Source of the DNA: Candidatus Bathyarchaeia archaeon | GTDB lineage: Archaea > Thermoproteota > Bathyarchaeia > 40CM-2-53-6 | Assembly: GCA_049513715.1 (NCBI GenBank) | Contig: JBEKVV010000007.1 | Coordinates: 1-64,000, forward strand | Direction: 5' to 3' | Length of the DNA stretch: 64,000 bases | In this document: piece by piece, positions 48,860-58,592 of the stretch | Layout: the number at the start of each line of letters is the position of its first letter | How positions within the stretch are numbered: the stretch's first letter is position 1 | The notes under the pieces: generated by a model | What the model saw: the letters and a program-made list of their open reading frames with translations, nothing else | Told to the model about the DNA's origin: nothing | Database searches by the model: none | Program-made: the position numbers and the translations under genes

Positions 48860-49275
48860 TAAAACCACTGGAATGACGTGCTATGAACCGTGGGTACTAC
48901 TCTCAAAAATTGTTGTAAACCATTAACAAGAGCAATGAAAGAACCCCCGCACCCCTACGCTTCCACTCCAAACACGATATGTCATTTGGTGGATGGGAGT
49001 AGGGGAAAGAAAATGTCATTAGTAGCTGCGCAGAAGATGCCTAAAGTACAATGTGTCAGTTTCTGTATACAACATACTCAATTTTTCCAGTGCTGAATGA
49101 ATCAAGTGCATTGATAGAATTTATTGAATAGTCCAGTTGAAACAGAGGGGTTAGGCTTCTCTATACACCCTTAATCAGTAAGTACTTGTTCGCAAAACAT
49201 GTGGACAACAGTTGAACAGCACAATTACCCCTTCATTTCCAGTGCACGGTCTATTTTACCGATGGAAATGACCAT
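48860..49275. promoter_or_regulatory. Replication origin (oriC) with ORB elements
   Basis: Upstream of cdc6: TCCAGTTGAAACAGAGGGGT (49132-49151,+), TGCACTGGAAATGAAGGGGT (49246-49227,-), TGGAGTGGAAGCGTAGGGGT (48970-48951,-), plus mini-ORB-like CCACTGGAATG (48865). Confidence 0.85.
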
Positions 49276-49340
49276 ACTTATGGATCAACAACTATGTTCA
49301 ACTTATTACATGTGGACAGCTACTATTCAGTTGGTCTTCC

Positions 49341-49733
49341 ATGAAAAAAAAGATCAAACTCGAATTTTTCGATCGCGCCGGCGTTAAGCACAGCGTCGCG
49401 ATTGAGGGAGACCTTACGATAGACAAAGTGAACCGGCTCTTGGAATACGCTGAGATTGTTGCTGAGTCAAACCCAACCACGACTCTTCCTCATACCCCAC
49501 ACGAAAGCAAAATGAACCGGCTCTTGGACGTAATTAACACAAAACTCTCGGACCATAGCTTCGACTCGAAGGAGCTCTGGCAAACCTACAGTGAAACTTG
49601 GGGAGACGATTTCAGCTTCGGAGCTGTCTCAACATACCTTTCACGCCTAGTGGATCGGGGAACTCTTGAGAGAAGTGGGTCTACATCACACTGGCTGTAC
49701 AGGCTCAAGCCTTCTCCGACACTTTCGCAGTGA
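49341..49733 (+). CDS. Origin-adjacent winged-helix protein
   Basis: F.SKELW..Y...W......AVSTYLSRLVDRG.LER.G wHTH pattern. Confidence 0.75.
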   Translation: MKKKIKLEFFDRAGVKHSVAIEGDLTIDKVNRLLEYAEIVAESNPTTTLPHTPHESKMNRLLDVINTKLSDHSFDSKELWQTYSETWGDDFSFGAVSTYLSRLVDRGTLERSGSTSHWLYRLKPSPTLSQ

Positions 49734-50403
49734 GTGTTTTCTCGGCAGACTCAATCGCCGACCGTGCCGTATCAGTCACCTTATACCTAAAGGGAGCATG
49801 ATTCGACTCCCTGTCGACATACCCCTCTTGGTACAGTTTCTTCATTAGCCGTGATGTGTGTTCCCGAGATTTCTCAAGTCGCCGTCCCAATTCAGGCGCT
49901 GCCTTCGGGCCTTCCAGGCTAAGGATTTCAAGCGTTTGTCGCTCAGTCGATGTCAAGGAACTCAGAATATCACCGCCACCGATGAATGTTCCAGTCCTTT
50001 CACGTTGAGATGTACTTGCTGGAACGGGGGGCGCCTGTTGAGCTGCTGCGACCTTCGTCTTCAACTGCTCAAGCTCCGAAATCAGTTTCTTGTCATTGGA
50101 CAGGATCTCCTCAAGCCGGTCCAAGAGCTGCAAATATCCAGTCCGGAGCTTGGCTTGGTCTTCCTCCAAGTTGCCGTTGCGCTGGTTTAGCGCCTCAAAC
50201 CCTGATTTGACCTCGTTCACAATCGATTCAGAGACCTCAACCCGCGATGATAACGCGTCCACAACTACACTGATCAGAGAGGCTGATTCTGTAACCGCTT
50301 GCTTGCTCTGCTTGAAATAACGTACCGTCTTTCTGCCCACGGCCAAGACGAAAATCAGCACTACAATTGAAGCGGCGTCAACAGCAACAGCGAATGGATC
50401 CAA
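49705..50403 (-). CDS. Protein with N-terminal TM, coiled coil and C-terminal winged HTH
   Basis: Hydrophobic residues ~4-22, a heptad-rich middle, and LT.TE...LE.L...G....PEL...L.KSREHTSRLMKKLYQEGYVDR. Confidence 0.8.
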   Translation of the reverse strand: MDPFAVAVDAASIVVLIFVLAVGRKTVRYFKQSKQAVTESASLISVVVDALSSRVEVSESIVNEVKSGFEALNQRNGNLEEDQAKLRTGYLQLLDRLEEILSNDKKLISELEQLKTKVAAAQQAPPVPASTSQRERTGTFIGGGDILSSLTSTERQTLEILSLEGPKAAPELGRRLEKSREHTSRLMKKLYQEGYVDRESNHAPFRYKVTDTARSAIESAEKTLTAKVSEKA

Positions 50404-50410
50404 GGCTCAA

Positions 50411-50710
50411 TGACATCACGTCACCCTGAGTGTTTTAACCTCTTCGCACAACGTGACATCACACGGCATCAATGACATCACCGTGATGGTGATGTGACGA
50501 AGCGATGATGAAGCGTAATCTCACAGTGATGTCACAGAACCCAACTGCCAGGAGTTTCGCAGCACAGAAACGCCTTGTTTTGAGGTTTCTCGTTGAAATC
50601 GGTGGCTGAAAACCTTTCCACCATTCAAAGCAGTGAGTTGCCATGTCACGTGATGTCACACCTGGGTTCATGATCGGGAAAGCGGAGCTCACATGTCAAT
50701 GTGATGTCAC
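50411..50710. repeat. Array of pseudo-palindromic GTGAYRTCAC motifs
   Basis: TGACATCAC at 50411, 50454 and 50473; GTGATGTCAC at 50526, 50650 and 50701; near-match at 50489. Confidence 0.85.
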
Positions 50711-51153
50711 AGGATGTCTTTGAAGCTTTGTCGATTGGCGAGGGCTGAGATGCCTTCCAGAAGTCTATGATTGAGTTGCTCCACGGCGGTTCGATCTGTG
50801 GGAGTGTTCTTACGCAATTCTTGGGCGTAGCTTTGGATTGTGTCGGATAACTCAATGAATGGCTGAAGGGCCGCGTTGTCGAACAAACCAACGTACCCCA
50901 GCAGTAAAACGGTGTATATTGAGCGAATTACGTTATTTTGGGCTTGCAATAGGCTTCGATTATAGGCGCCACGGCTAATTCTCGTCTTTGACGGCCTGAA
51001 AAGGGGTCTCTTACTTTTTTTGGCGTCGGTTGATAGGGACTCAGCCAGTAAGGTTTCCAGTTGGGCGCTGGTCAGTTGACTGTTCGTCAGAAGGAGCTTC
51101 GTCACGGGGTCACGTAGCTGGTCGCGAATTGATTCGCGGGCATCTGAAGCCAT
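50707..51153 (-). CDS. Hypothetical protein, putative HTH
   Basis: LL..S.LT..QLETL...ISRGAYNRSL.QA..N...SIYT.LLLGY.G. Confidence 0.75.
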   Translation of the reverse strand: MASDARESIRDQLRDPVTKLLLTNSQLTSAQLETLLAESLSTDAKKSKRPLFRPSKTRISRGAYNRSLLQAQNNVIRSIYTVLLLGYVGLFDNAALQPFIELSDTIQSYAQELRKNTPTDRTAVEQLNHRLLEGISALANRQSFKDIL

Positions 51154-51416
51154 GTCTGGTTGTTCCGAGGTTGGTACTCCCCAGTGGATACGCTTTTGTA
51201 TTCATTTAAGGCCTTTTCCGCCACCCAAGTTGCAGGCATGACCTGTTGGTTCCGGTTCGCGCGACGAGGGCTCCCAACATTCGATCGATCGTCAACGTCC
51301 CATCACGGATTTTCTCGCGGCCAAATCACCAGTAAGAAGATTGATGTCTACAATATGGAAGCTTGAAATAACCCGCTCCATCATCACACTCTGCAACTAG
51401 AGAAGTGGAAGTTAAG

Positions 51417-51683
51417 TTGGGTCGACGGCGAAGAAGGGTAGTCAAAGTAGTCAAGAAGAAGCTTCCAACAGTATTCACTTGCCCTTCATGCGGCGAAGAG
51501 TCGATCCGCGTGAAGCTTCCCCCGGGTGCCGGTATGGCAACTGTGCAGTGCGGGTCGTGTGGCTTGAAGCAAGAATTTGAGGCGACACCATCGAGCCAGA
51601 TTGTGGACATATACTGCAAGTTCACTGACACCTTCTATGGAAAAGATAGGTCTCCTGCGGAGAATCCCCAGCAAACTGCTTAG
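51417..51683 (+). CDS. elf1: Transcription elongation factor Elf1
   Basis: MGRRRRRVVK..KKKLPTVFTCPSCG...CGSCG...VDIYCKFTD. Confidence 0.9.
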   Translation: MGRRRRRVVKVVKKKLPTVFTCPSCGEESIRVKLPPGAGMATVQCGSCGLKQEFEATPSSQIVDIYCKFTDTFYGKDRSPAENPQQTA

Positions 51684-51758
51684 TATCAGTTTGGCCCTTA
51701 CGAAATGGCCTCTCAGTGTTAAATCGGGGCAGGGCATCTTCTAGACTAGGCCACTTCA

Positions 51759-54700
51759 ATGGGGGAAACGGTTCTCAGTGGAAATGATGCTTATTTCCAA
51801 CTATTGAAGAGCCAATTCGATGAAATATACGACCTTGCGCGACAGGCACGTGCGAAAGGGTTCGACCCTTCACGTGAACCGGAATCACTCGTCACACATG
51901 ATGTGGCGGAGCGGGTTGAGAAGGCAGTAGGACCAGCGGGAATCGCGGCCAGGATCCGCGAGCTCTCACTTCTCATGCAACGAGAGCTTGTGGCGCTGAA
52001 AATCGCGGAGGAAATCTCTCTTGGAGGCTATGCTGTTGATGGGGAGAGAGCCGCTGAACAAGCTGTGAGAACCGCCTCCGCGATATTGGACGAAGGTATA
52101 ACCGCCGCGCCGATTGAAGGCATCTCGAGTGTCAGAATAAAGCAGAATCAAGACGGATCAAAGTACTTAGCCGTTTACTTTGCCGGCCCCATCCGGTCTG
52201 CCGGCGGAACCGACATGGCTCTCATTCTGGTAATCGCAGACTTCGTTCGACACGAGTTGGGTTTGGGAAAGTACAAGGCCACTGAGCTGGAGGCCAAGCG
52301 TTTCGTAGAAGAGTTGCGTCTCTATGAACGAGAGGTTGCACGGTTCCAGTTCAAAGTATCAGACGAGGAGCTATTCAACGCTATCATGCGTCTGCCTGTT
52401 GAAGTAAACGGCGTTGAAACCGACCCGTTTGAGGTTAGCGCCTACCGCAATGTTCCAAGAATAGACACAAACAGAGTGAGAGGCGGGGCTCTGAGGGTTG
52501 TTCATGATGGACTGATTGGGAGGAGCCACAAGGTCCTCAAAGTTGTGGAAGGCCTGAGCATTGAAGGATGGGGCTGGCTGAGGGAAATCAAACCACCAGT
52601 ACAGGAGGCCGATGAAGCACGTGAATTCATGTTCATGGAAGATGTCTTGGGAGGGCGGCCCATCTTCTCATTCCCCCAGTTTCCAGGCGGTTTCCGTCTC
52701 AGATATGGCAGGGCACGAAACACTGGACTAGCCGCCATTGGATTACACCCATCAACCATGATCGCCCTAGGCAAGTTCATCGCAGTTGGAACGCAATTAC
52801 GATTGGAGAAACCAGGAAAAGCGGGCATAGCGGCATCGGTTGATACAATAGAGCCCCCCATTGTCAAGCTCAAAGATGGCTCCGTTGTCAGACTTTCAGA
52901 CCCACATGAGGCAGAGGAGGCAATTGATTCCATTGAGATGATTCTATTTCTCGGTGACCTGCTGGTGGGCTTTGGAGAATTTCTTGAAAACAACCGTCCA
53001 CTCCTACCATCAGGTTTTGTTGAGGAATGGTGGGCTGAACTAGTCAAGCTGCGTTCGACCGCACCCTACGGCGGGGTAAAGGATTTGTCAGAACACGTAG
53101 GAATCGACCGGGAGCGATTATCGGGATTCATGGAAAACCCGGCGGACTTCGCACCCACTGTGGAAGAGGCGCTGCGGTTCGCGAAGGGTTCAGAGGTACC
53201 TTTGCACCCCAAGTACACTTGGTTCTGGGATAATATCGACCCCGCCGATTTTGACTACCTACGGGCCCGATTTGCGGATTCAAACTTGACCAATCTATCA
53301 CGGGAACACATCTCCACAAAGAACGAGTCACGAGTGAAGGCGATTCTGGAAAACCTGTGCGTACCGCACAAAGTCAAAGACGGCAGTATTCACCTTGACG
53401 ACGAGTCTCCGATTATGCACGATTGCCTGGGGCTATCTTCCCCTCTAGGAGCTATAGAGGGTAAGGATGTCTTCGAGAAAATACTGCATGCAAGCGGCAT
53501 GCGAGTAATGCGGAAAGCCCCTGTATACGTAGGCGCCAGAATGGGTAGGCCAGAAAAAGCGAAAAGGCGCGACATGCGCCCCGTCGTTCATTGCCTATTC
53601 CCGTTGGGCTTGGCTGGAGGGGTTAGGCGGAACGTAATCGAAGCCGCAAATGCGCACTCATTGATTTCGGTTGACATTGCATTCCGAAAATGCGCCAAAT
53701 GCGGCAACGTGACCCACTTGGGACTCTGCGAAAAATGCGGGGAACCCACCAATCAGGCATTTTGGTGTCAGAGGTGTGGGGCTGAGAGTAAGGAGAAAAC
53801 CTGCCCATCGTGCAAGGGCAAGGCCCAAGCTTATGATCGACGGAGTGTCGCGCTTCGGGACCTCTTGACCTCGGCCGAACGAAGGTTGGCGCTCACAGTC
53901 GTTCCGGAAGCAGTAAAAGGAGTGCGGGGCCTCACAAACGACACGAAGACCCCAGAGGCCCTAGAGAAAGGGCTGCTGCGAGCAAAGCATGATGTGTCAG
54001 TTTTCAAGGATGGGACAATTCGGTTCGACGCGACGAACGCGCCGCTCACCCATTTCAATTCGAAAGAAGTGGGAGTTCCAGTAGACAGGCTAAGGCACCT
54101 AGGTTACACCCACGACATAACTGGCAGACCCTTGGAATCTGAATCACAATGTGTTAACCTCAAAGTTCACGACATAATCGTCCCTGGACAGTGCGGAGAC
54201 TATTTCGTCAGCGTAGCAAAATTCCTCGATGAAATGCTTCAAACATTCTACGGCGTGCAACCTTTCTACCGAGCAAAAAGTAGGCAGGACATGGTAGGTC
54301 AGCTTGTTGTCGGGCTTTCTCCCCACACCTCAGTTGGGGTAATCGGCCGAATAGTGGGGTTCACACAGGCAAGCGTCTGTTTCGCCCACCCGTTTTGGCA
54401 TGCTGCCAAGAGAAGAGATTGTGATGGCGACGAAGATTCAGTTAGCCTCGCCCTTGACGTACTTCTCAATTTCTCGAAGCATTTCCTTCCATCAAGGATT
54501 GGGGGAATCATGGATGCACCTATCCTTCTCACGGTGGCGATGAAACCGAGGGAAATTGCGCGCCAAGCCTTCAATATTGAAACCCAAGAACGCTTACCTC
54601 TTAGGTTCTACGAAGAAGCATCGCGACGGGCCGACCCAAAGGGTTTGGCCGCACTCATTGAGACCGTTCAGGCCCGCCTCGGAACCGAAGGAGTGTTGGA

Positions 54701-55178
54701 GTCACTTGGCTTCACGCATGGCGTGAACGATGTTAACAGTGGGAACCTGGAAAGCGTGTACAAGAAGCTGGGTTCAATGCTGGACAAAGTTACATTGCAG
54801 CTGAAGTTGGCGGAGTCCATCAAAGCCGTAGAAGCCGGGGAGGTTGCGAAACGAGTTCTTTCGACGCATTTCATGAGAGATCTGGCAGGGAACCTGAAAG
54901 CTTTCGCAGGGCAAAAGTTTCGTTGCACCAAATGCAACTCGAAATTTAGGCGCGTCCCACTAAAGGGAATATGCACTAGGTGCGGTGGAAAACTCTCACT
55001 CACGGTCTACAGGGGCGGTGTGGAGAAATACTTGACCGTAGCCCAAGACTTGATCAAACGATACAACATCGGAAAATACCACGAGCAACGCGTGCTTCTC
55101 CTTCGGGAGGAAATCAAATCCCTCTTTAGCCAGCAGGAGGAAAAGAGGAAACAGCCATCTTTGGCGCAGTTCGTCTGA
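51759..55178 (+). CDS. polC: DNA polymerase D large subunit DP2
   Basis: YFAGPIRSAGGT, GGFRLRYGRARNTG, RMGRPEKA, KRRDCDGDED, Zn fingers and a C-terminal PIP box; no intein apparent. Confidence 0.96.
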   Translation: MGETVLSGNDAYFQLLKSQFDEIYDLARQARAKGFDPSREPESLVTHDVAERVEKAVGPAGIAARIRELSLLMQRELVALKIAEEISLGGYAVDGERAAEQAVRTASAILDEGITAAPIEGISSVRIKQNQDGSKYLAVYFAGPIRSAGGTDMALILVIADFVRHELGLGKYKATELEAKRFVEELRLYEREVARFQFKVSDEELFNAIMRLPVEVNGVETDPFEVSAYRNVPRIDTNRVRGGALRVVHDGLIGRSHKVLKVVEGLSIEGWGWLREIKPPVQEADEAREFMFMEDVLGGRPIFSFPQFPGGFRLRYGRARNTGLAAIGLHPSTMIALGKFIAVGTQLRLEKPGKAGIAASVDTIEPPIVKLKDGSVVRLSDPHEAEEAIDSIEMILFLGDLLVGFGEFLENNRPLLPSGFVEEWWAELVKLRSTAPYGGVKDLSEHVGIDRERLSGFMENPADFAPTVEEALRFAKGSEVPLHPKYTWFWDNIDPADFDYLRARFADSNLTNLSREHISTKNESRVKAILENLCVPHKVKDGSIHLDDESPIMHDCLGLSSPLGAIEGKDVFEKILHASGMRVMRKAPVYVGARMGRPEKAKRRDMRPVVHCLFPLGLAGGVRRNVIEAANAHSLISVDIAFRKCAKCGNVTHLGLCEKCGEPTNQAFWCQRCGAESKEKTCPSCKGKAQAYDRRSVALRDLLTSAERRLALTVVPEAVKGVRGLTNDTKTPEALEKGLLRAKHDVSVFKDGTIRFDATNAPLTHFNSKEVGVPVDRLRHLGYTHDITGRPLESESQCVNLKVHDIIVPGQCGDYFVSVAKFLDEMLQTFYGVQPFYRAKSRQDMVGQLVVGLSPHTSVGVIGRIVGFTQASVCFAHPFWHAAKRRDCDGDEDSVSLALDVLLNFSKHFLPSRIGGIMDAPILLTVAMKPREIARQAFNIETQERLPLRFYEEASRRADPKGLAALIETVQARLGTEGVLESLGFTHGVNDVNSGNLESVYKKLGSMLDKVTLQLKLAESIKAVEAGEVAKRVLSTHFMRDLAGNLKAFAGQKFRCTKCNSKFRRVPLKGICTRCGGKLSLTVYRGGVEKYLTVAQDLIKRYNIGKYHEQRVLLLREEIKSLFSQQEEKRKQPSLAQFV

Positions 55179-55187
55179 GTTGGTGCA

Positions 55188-55463
55188 ATGTCCAAACGAT
55201 CTGGAGTTAATCCGAAGGCTTACTTGACTTCAAAGCGCAATGTTAAAGCGGGTTTGGTTTCGCGGTCAAAGATTCTGTCCGCGCTCGAGCGGGGACGCAT
55301 GACTACACCTGAAATAGCAAAGGAAACCACGCTATCATACAACTGCGTGGCTTATCATCTCAAAAGTATGAAAAAAGACCGTTTGGTGGAAAGAGGATCG
55401 AAGACGAGGCCATTTACTTGGAGCCTGACCCCGTACGGACAACAAAGACTGCCCACACAATGA
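55188..55463 (+). CDS. Small winged-helix (ArsR-like) protein
   Basis: RSKILSAL...T.EIAKE..LSY..V.YHL..M....LVER. Confidence 0.75.
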   Translation: MSKRSGVNPKAYLTSKRNVKAGLVSRSKILSALERGRMTTPEIAKETTLSYNCVAYHLKSMKKDRLVERGSKTRPFTWSLTPYGQQRLPTQ

Positions 55464-55557
55464 ATGATTGAATCTGGGCAGATCCACAAACATACTAATT
55501 ACCCGCCCCGTTCTATTCCTCAATTTGGTATGCAGGTCCAAACGTGAGCGATGCCTG

Positions 55558-56325
55558 ATGCAAACAGAGGTTCGGTATTACCAGGAGCCCCAACTCAGCA
55601 AACCAGTAATGATCTGTGGGCTTCCGGGGATCGGCTCGGTCGCTTGGTTGGCGGTTAACCACCTCCAGAAGGAACTCAAGGCGGAGCTTTTCGCCGAGAT
55701 TTTCTCTCCCATGTTTTCGCCTAAGGTTTGGTTAACAGACGATGGTATCGTCAAGTTGATGAAAGGTGAGTTCTACTTCTGGAAGAACAAAAGTCCTGCA
55801 CCAGACCTGCTGCTCTTCACCGCGGATGAGCAGCCGTATTCGCCTGAAGGGCAATATGAGTTGGCGGACGTGGTTCTGCAGCTCGCCAACAAGTTCCAAG
55901 TCGCGAGGGTGATTACGATGGGTGGAATGGCAACGGATAAGTTCACTGAAGAACCGAAAGTGTACGTTGGAGCAACCGATGCTGACCTCGTGAAGGAGTT
56001 GGAAGGTTATGGTGCAGTGAAACTTGCAGGTGGAGCAATCACTGGAAGCAACGGCTTGATTTTCGGGTTAGCAAAAACGCGCAATCTGCCTGCGATTTGC
56101 CTTCTTGCCGAGACACCTGGCTATCTCACGCTTGACGCCAATGCAGCGAAAGCCGCTCTGCGATTGTCGATGAAACTATTCAACACGTCGATTGACTTAA
56201 CCGCACTCGACAAACAAGCAAAGGAGAATAATGAAGCGGTGCGGCGCGCGAAGGACATGTCTCGGGGAACGTTCCCGCACGAGGGCAAAAAAGGTGGAGA
56301 CAGGGAACTCCACTACGTGAGCTAG
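55558..56325 (+). CDS. PAC2 (proteasome assembly chaperone) family protein
   Basis: GLPGIGSV, D.QP...GQYE, ITMGG, CLLAETPG...DA.AA. Confidence 0.88.
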   Translation: MQTEVRYYQEPQLSKPVMICGLPGIGSVAWLAVNHLQKELKAELFAEIFSPMFSPKVWLTDDGIVKLMKGEFYFWKNKSPAPDLLLFTADEQPYSPEGQYELADVVLQLANKFQVARVITMGGMATDKFTEEPKVYVGATDADLVKELEGYGAVKLAGGAITGSNGLIFGLAKTRNLPAICLLAETPGYLTLDANAAKAALRLSMKLFNTSIDLTALDKQAKENNEAVRRAKDMSRGTFPHEGKKGGDRELHYVS

Positions 56326-56347
56326 AGTTTCCCCCGTAGGGTTGAGC

Positions 56348-56503
56348 ATGAAGGTAATGTGCAACCAGTGCGGCAAGATACTCAACCTTATGCAGTCGCA
56401 ATCTTTAGCCATTCAAGAAGATGGGCAGCTGAAGACCTTCCACTTCTGTTCCGAAGAGCACATGAAAGAATACTCAGTGAGAAAGGGCTTAGGGAAGGAT
56501 TAA
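56348..56503 (+). CDS. Small TRASH/YHS-like metal-binding protein (51 aa)
   Basis: MKVMCNQCGK...FHFCSEEHMKEY; below the ORF-track cutoff. Confidence 0.65.
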   Translation: MKVMCNQCGKILNLMQSQSLAIQEDGQLKTFHFCSEEHMKEYSVRKGLGKD

Positions 56504-56550
56504 CTGTTGACAATCCTAATAGCAAGCCCCGGTTAAGCTGGATTATTCAA

Positions 56551-56847
56551 ATGTCTACCACCGAAGACCTGAAGTCTGCGTCCGCGATTTTCGGGGCACT
56601 CGGAAACCCGGTTAGGCTTCGAATTCTGTTGATGCTCATGGACAGTAAGAAGCCTCTGCACATAACCGCAGTCGCCAGCAACCTGAAGATGGATTACGGA
56701 GGCGTGTACAGGCATGTTGAAGTCCTCAGGGACGCGGGTTTGCTTCAAGTATACGAAGTGGGAAGGTCTCGTGTCCTTTCACCTATGAACGTGGAGTTGC
56801 TTCGCGATATGATTGCGAGAGCGAAAACTTTCACAAAGAAACATTGA
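56551..56847 (+). CDS. ArsR-family transcriptional regulator
   Basis: IFGALGNPVRLRIL...VYRHVEVL.DAGLL. Confidence 0.85.
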   Translation: MSTTEDLKSASAIFGALGNPVRLRILLMLMDSKKPLHITAVASNLKMDYGGVYRHVEVLRDAGLLQVYEVGRSRVLSPMNVELLRDMIARAKTFTKKH

Positions 56848-56875
56848 TGGTATAATAAATAACTCATAATACCAT
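56847..56875. promoter_or_regulatory. Inverted-repeat operator candidate upstream of the ECF-S/cof genes
   Basis: ATGGTATAAT-N9-ATAATACCAT (9/10 match) in an AT-rich intergenic region. Confidence 0.4.
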
Positions 56876-56948
56876 GTTTATTTCGTAAGTTTGTCATAAT
56901 GGAAAGGTTAAGTAGTTGAGGCCTTTTGTGCGCATTTTTGTGGTTTAG

Positions 56949-57638
56949 ATGGCGGAGGGGTTGTTTGCAAAGCGCAGTGTCGGCCTTACAGGAGCTGCGA
57001 TCTTAGGAAGCCTAGCCGCAATTTCGGAAATTATCATTCCAGCCAATATCCAACCATTCTTCCCGATACTGCCATTCTTGCGCTTTGACCCAGCCGAACT
57101 GTTCTCAGTATTGGCCTTCCTGATATTTGGTCCGATAGCGGCCTTGATTTCGGCCACAGTCCAATGGATATTCCTTATGGCTACAGGAATCGACACGCCG
57201 CTAGGCCCGACTGTAAAGTTCGCGGCAGTCTTGTCAACTTTAATTGGACTTTGGGTAGGCAGCGCGCTGTACCGTCAGTTTGGCGGGCGTTTTCGGCGTG
57301 TATCCTTAGCCTTGGGTTTCATGCTCGGGTTGGCAACTGTGGCTCGAGTTGGGGTGTTGCTGATTGTGAACTATTTCGTTTTCACGTTTATCGGGCCAGT
57401 AATCTTTGGAATAGACTACCTTGGCTTTAGCCAACGTACACTCCAAGCGACTCTAGGCTTGCGGTTCGCAGGACCGTGGCAGGTTCTGATGTCGATGCTC
57501 TTCTTCACGAGTATATTCAACGCGATGCACGCTGTATTTTCGGTCGTTGTTCCGTACACAATCTTCACACCGTTGACATTGAGGGTTCCTGAGATTGCTT
57601 CAGAGCACCCATGGATTAGCAGATTTTCCAGAAAGTAG
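56949..57638 (+). CDS. ECF transporter S component (RibU-like)
   Basis: AILGSLA...FP.LPFLRFDPAEL...FGP; about 6 TM segments. Confidence 0.75.
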   Translation: MAEGLFAKRSVGLTGAAILGSLAAISEIIIPANIQPFFPILPFLRFDPAELFSVLAFLIFGPIAALISATVQWIFLMATGIDTPLGPTVKFAAVLSTLIGLWVGSALYRQFGGRFRRVSLALGFMLGLATVARVGVLLIVNYFVFTFIGPVIFGIDYLGFSQRTLQATLGLRFAGPWQVLMSMLFFTSIFNAMHAVFSVVVPYTIFTPLTLRVPEIASEHPWISRFSRK

Positions 57639-57665
57639 CTGTAACCAATCGAACAGGGCCAATTC

Positions 57666-58592
57666 TTGATCGTAGCGTTAGCCGGGGGAGTTGGAGCGGC
57701 AAGGTTCCTCGAGGGCTTTGTCCGCGTGGTTCCGCAAGAAAAAGTCACAATCATAGGCAATGTCGGAGACGACATTGAGATTTACGGGCTTCATGTTTCA
57801 CCAGACTTGGACATAGTTGCGTACACATTGGCCGGGTTAGTGGATCCAAACAAAGGATGGGGATTTCGCGGAGACACTTTTCATTGTCAGGAAATTCTTT
57901 GCAAATATGGATACGAGACTTGGTTCCACATTGGCGACCGGGACATGGCCACACACCTGTATAGGACCCAACAACTTCGCAGAGGAAGTCGGCTCTCGAA
58001 AGTAACACATGACCTCGTCCGAAGCCTTGGGCTTCGAGTGAAGTTGTTGCCTGCCACGGACGATCAATTAACGACATACGTAACTTCGCGGGGAAGGCGC
58101 ATGCATTTTCAGGAATATATGGTCAAACGAGGAACGAGGCCAAGGATCGATAGGGTGATCTTCGAGGGCGCAAAATCAACCGAACCTGCTGATGGGGTTC
58201 TTGAATCAATTACCAGGGCAAAAGGTGTCCTTGTTTGTCCAAGCAATCCAATCGTCAGCATTGGCGCGGTTCTCGCAGTTCCAAAAATCAGGGCCGCTCT
58301 ACAACGTGCCAAAACGAAAGTGGTGGCGGTTAGTCCGATCATTGGTGGGAAAACTGTGAAGGGACCTGCTGACAAATTGATGAAATCACTTGGTGTTGAA
58401 CCGAGCGCGTTTGGTGTAGCTGAATGCTACCGCGACTTTCTTGACACAATCATCATAGACCGTGTTGACAGAAAGCTCGCGCCAAAGATAGAGGCTCTCG
58501 GAATCAAAGCTACCGTCACACAGGCACTCATGAAAACAATGGCTGACAAAGTCAGATTGGCTAGGCTGGCATTAAGTGAAATAGAAAGTTGA
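57666..58592 (+). CDS. cofD: 2-phospho-L-lactate transferase
   Basis: LAGGVGAARF, PDLD, GD.D.ATH, HFQEY, PSNP.VSIG, VSPIIGG..V.GPA. Confidence 0.95.
   Translation: MIVALAGGVGAARFLEGFVRVVPQEKVTIIGNVGDDIEIYGLHVSPDLDIVAYTLAGLVDPNKGWGFRGDTFHCQEILCKYGYETWFHIGDRDMATHLYRTQQLRRGSRLSKVTHDLVRSLGLRVKLLPATDDQLTTYVTSRGRRMHFQEYMVKRGTRPRIDRVIFEGAKSTEPADGVLESITRAKGVLVCPSNPIVSIGAVLAVPKIRAALQRAKTKVVAVSPIIGGKTVKGPADKLMKSLGVEPSAFGVAECYRDFLDTIIIDRVDRKLAPKIEALGIKATVTQALMKTMADKVRLARLALSEIES

Noticed and set aside
51721..51740. GGGGCAGGG upstream of DP2 as a reversed family B copy
   Set aside because: Only about 9 bp match; the palindrome and hairpin are absent.
51759..55178. Intein in DP2
   Set aside because: Length (1139 aa) is normal, motifs are continuous, and no intein-like terminal or LAGLIDADG motifs were seen.
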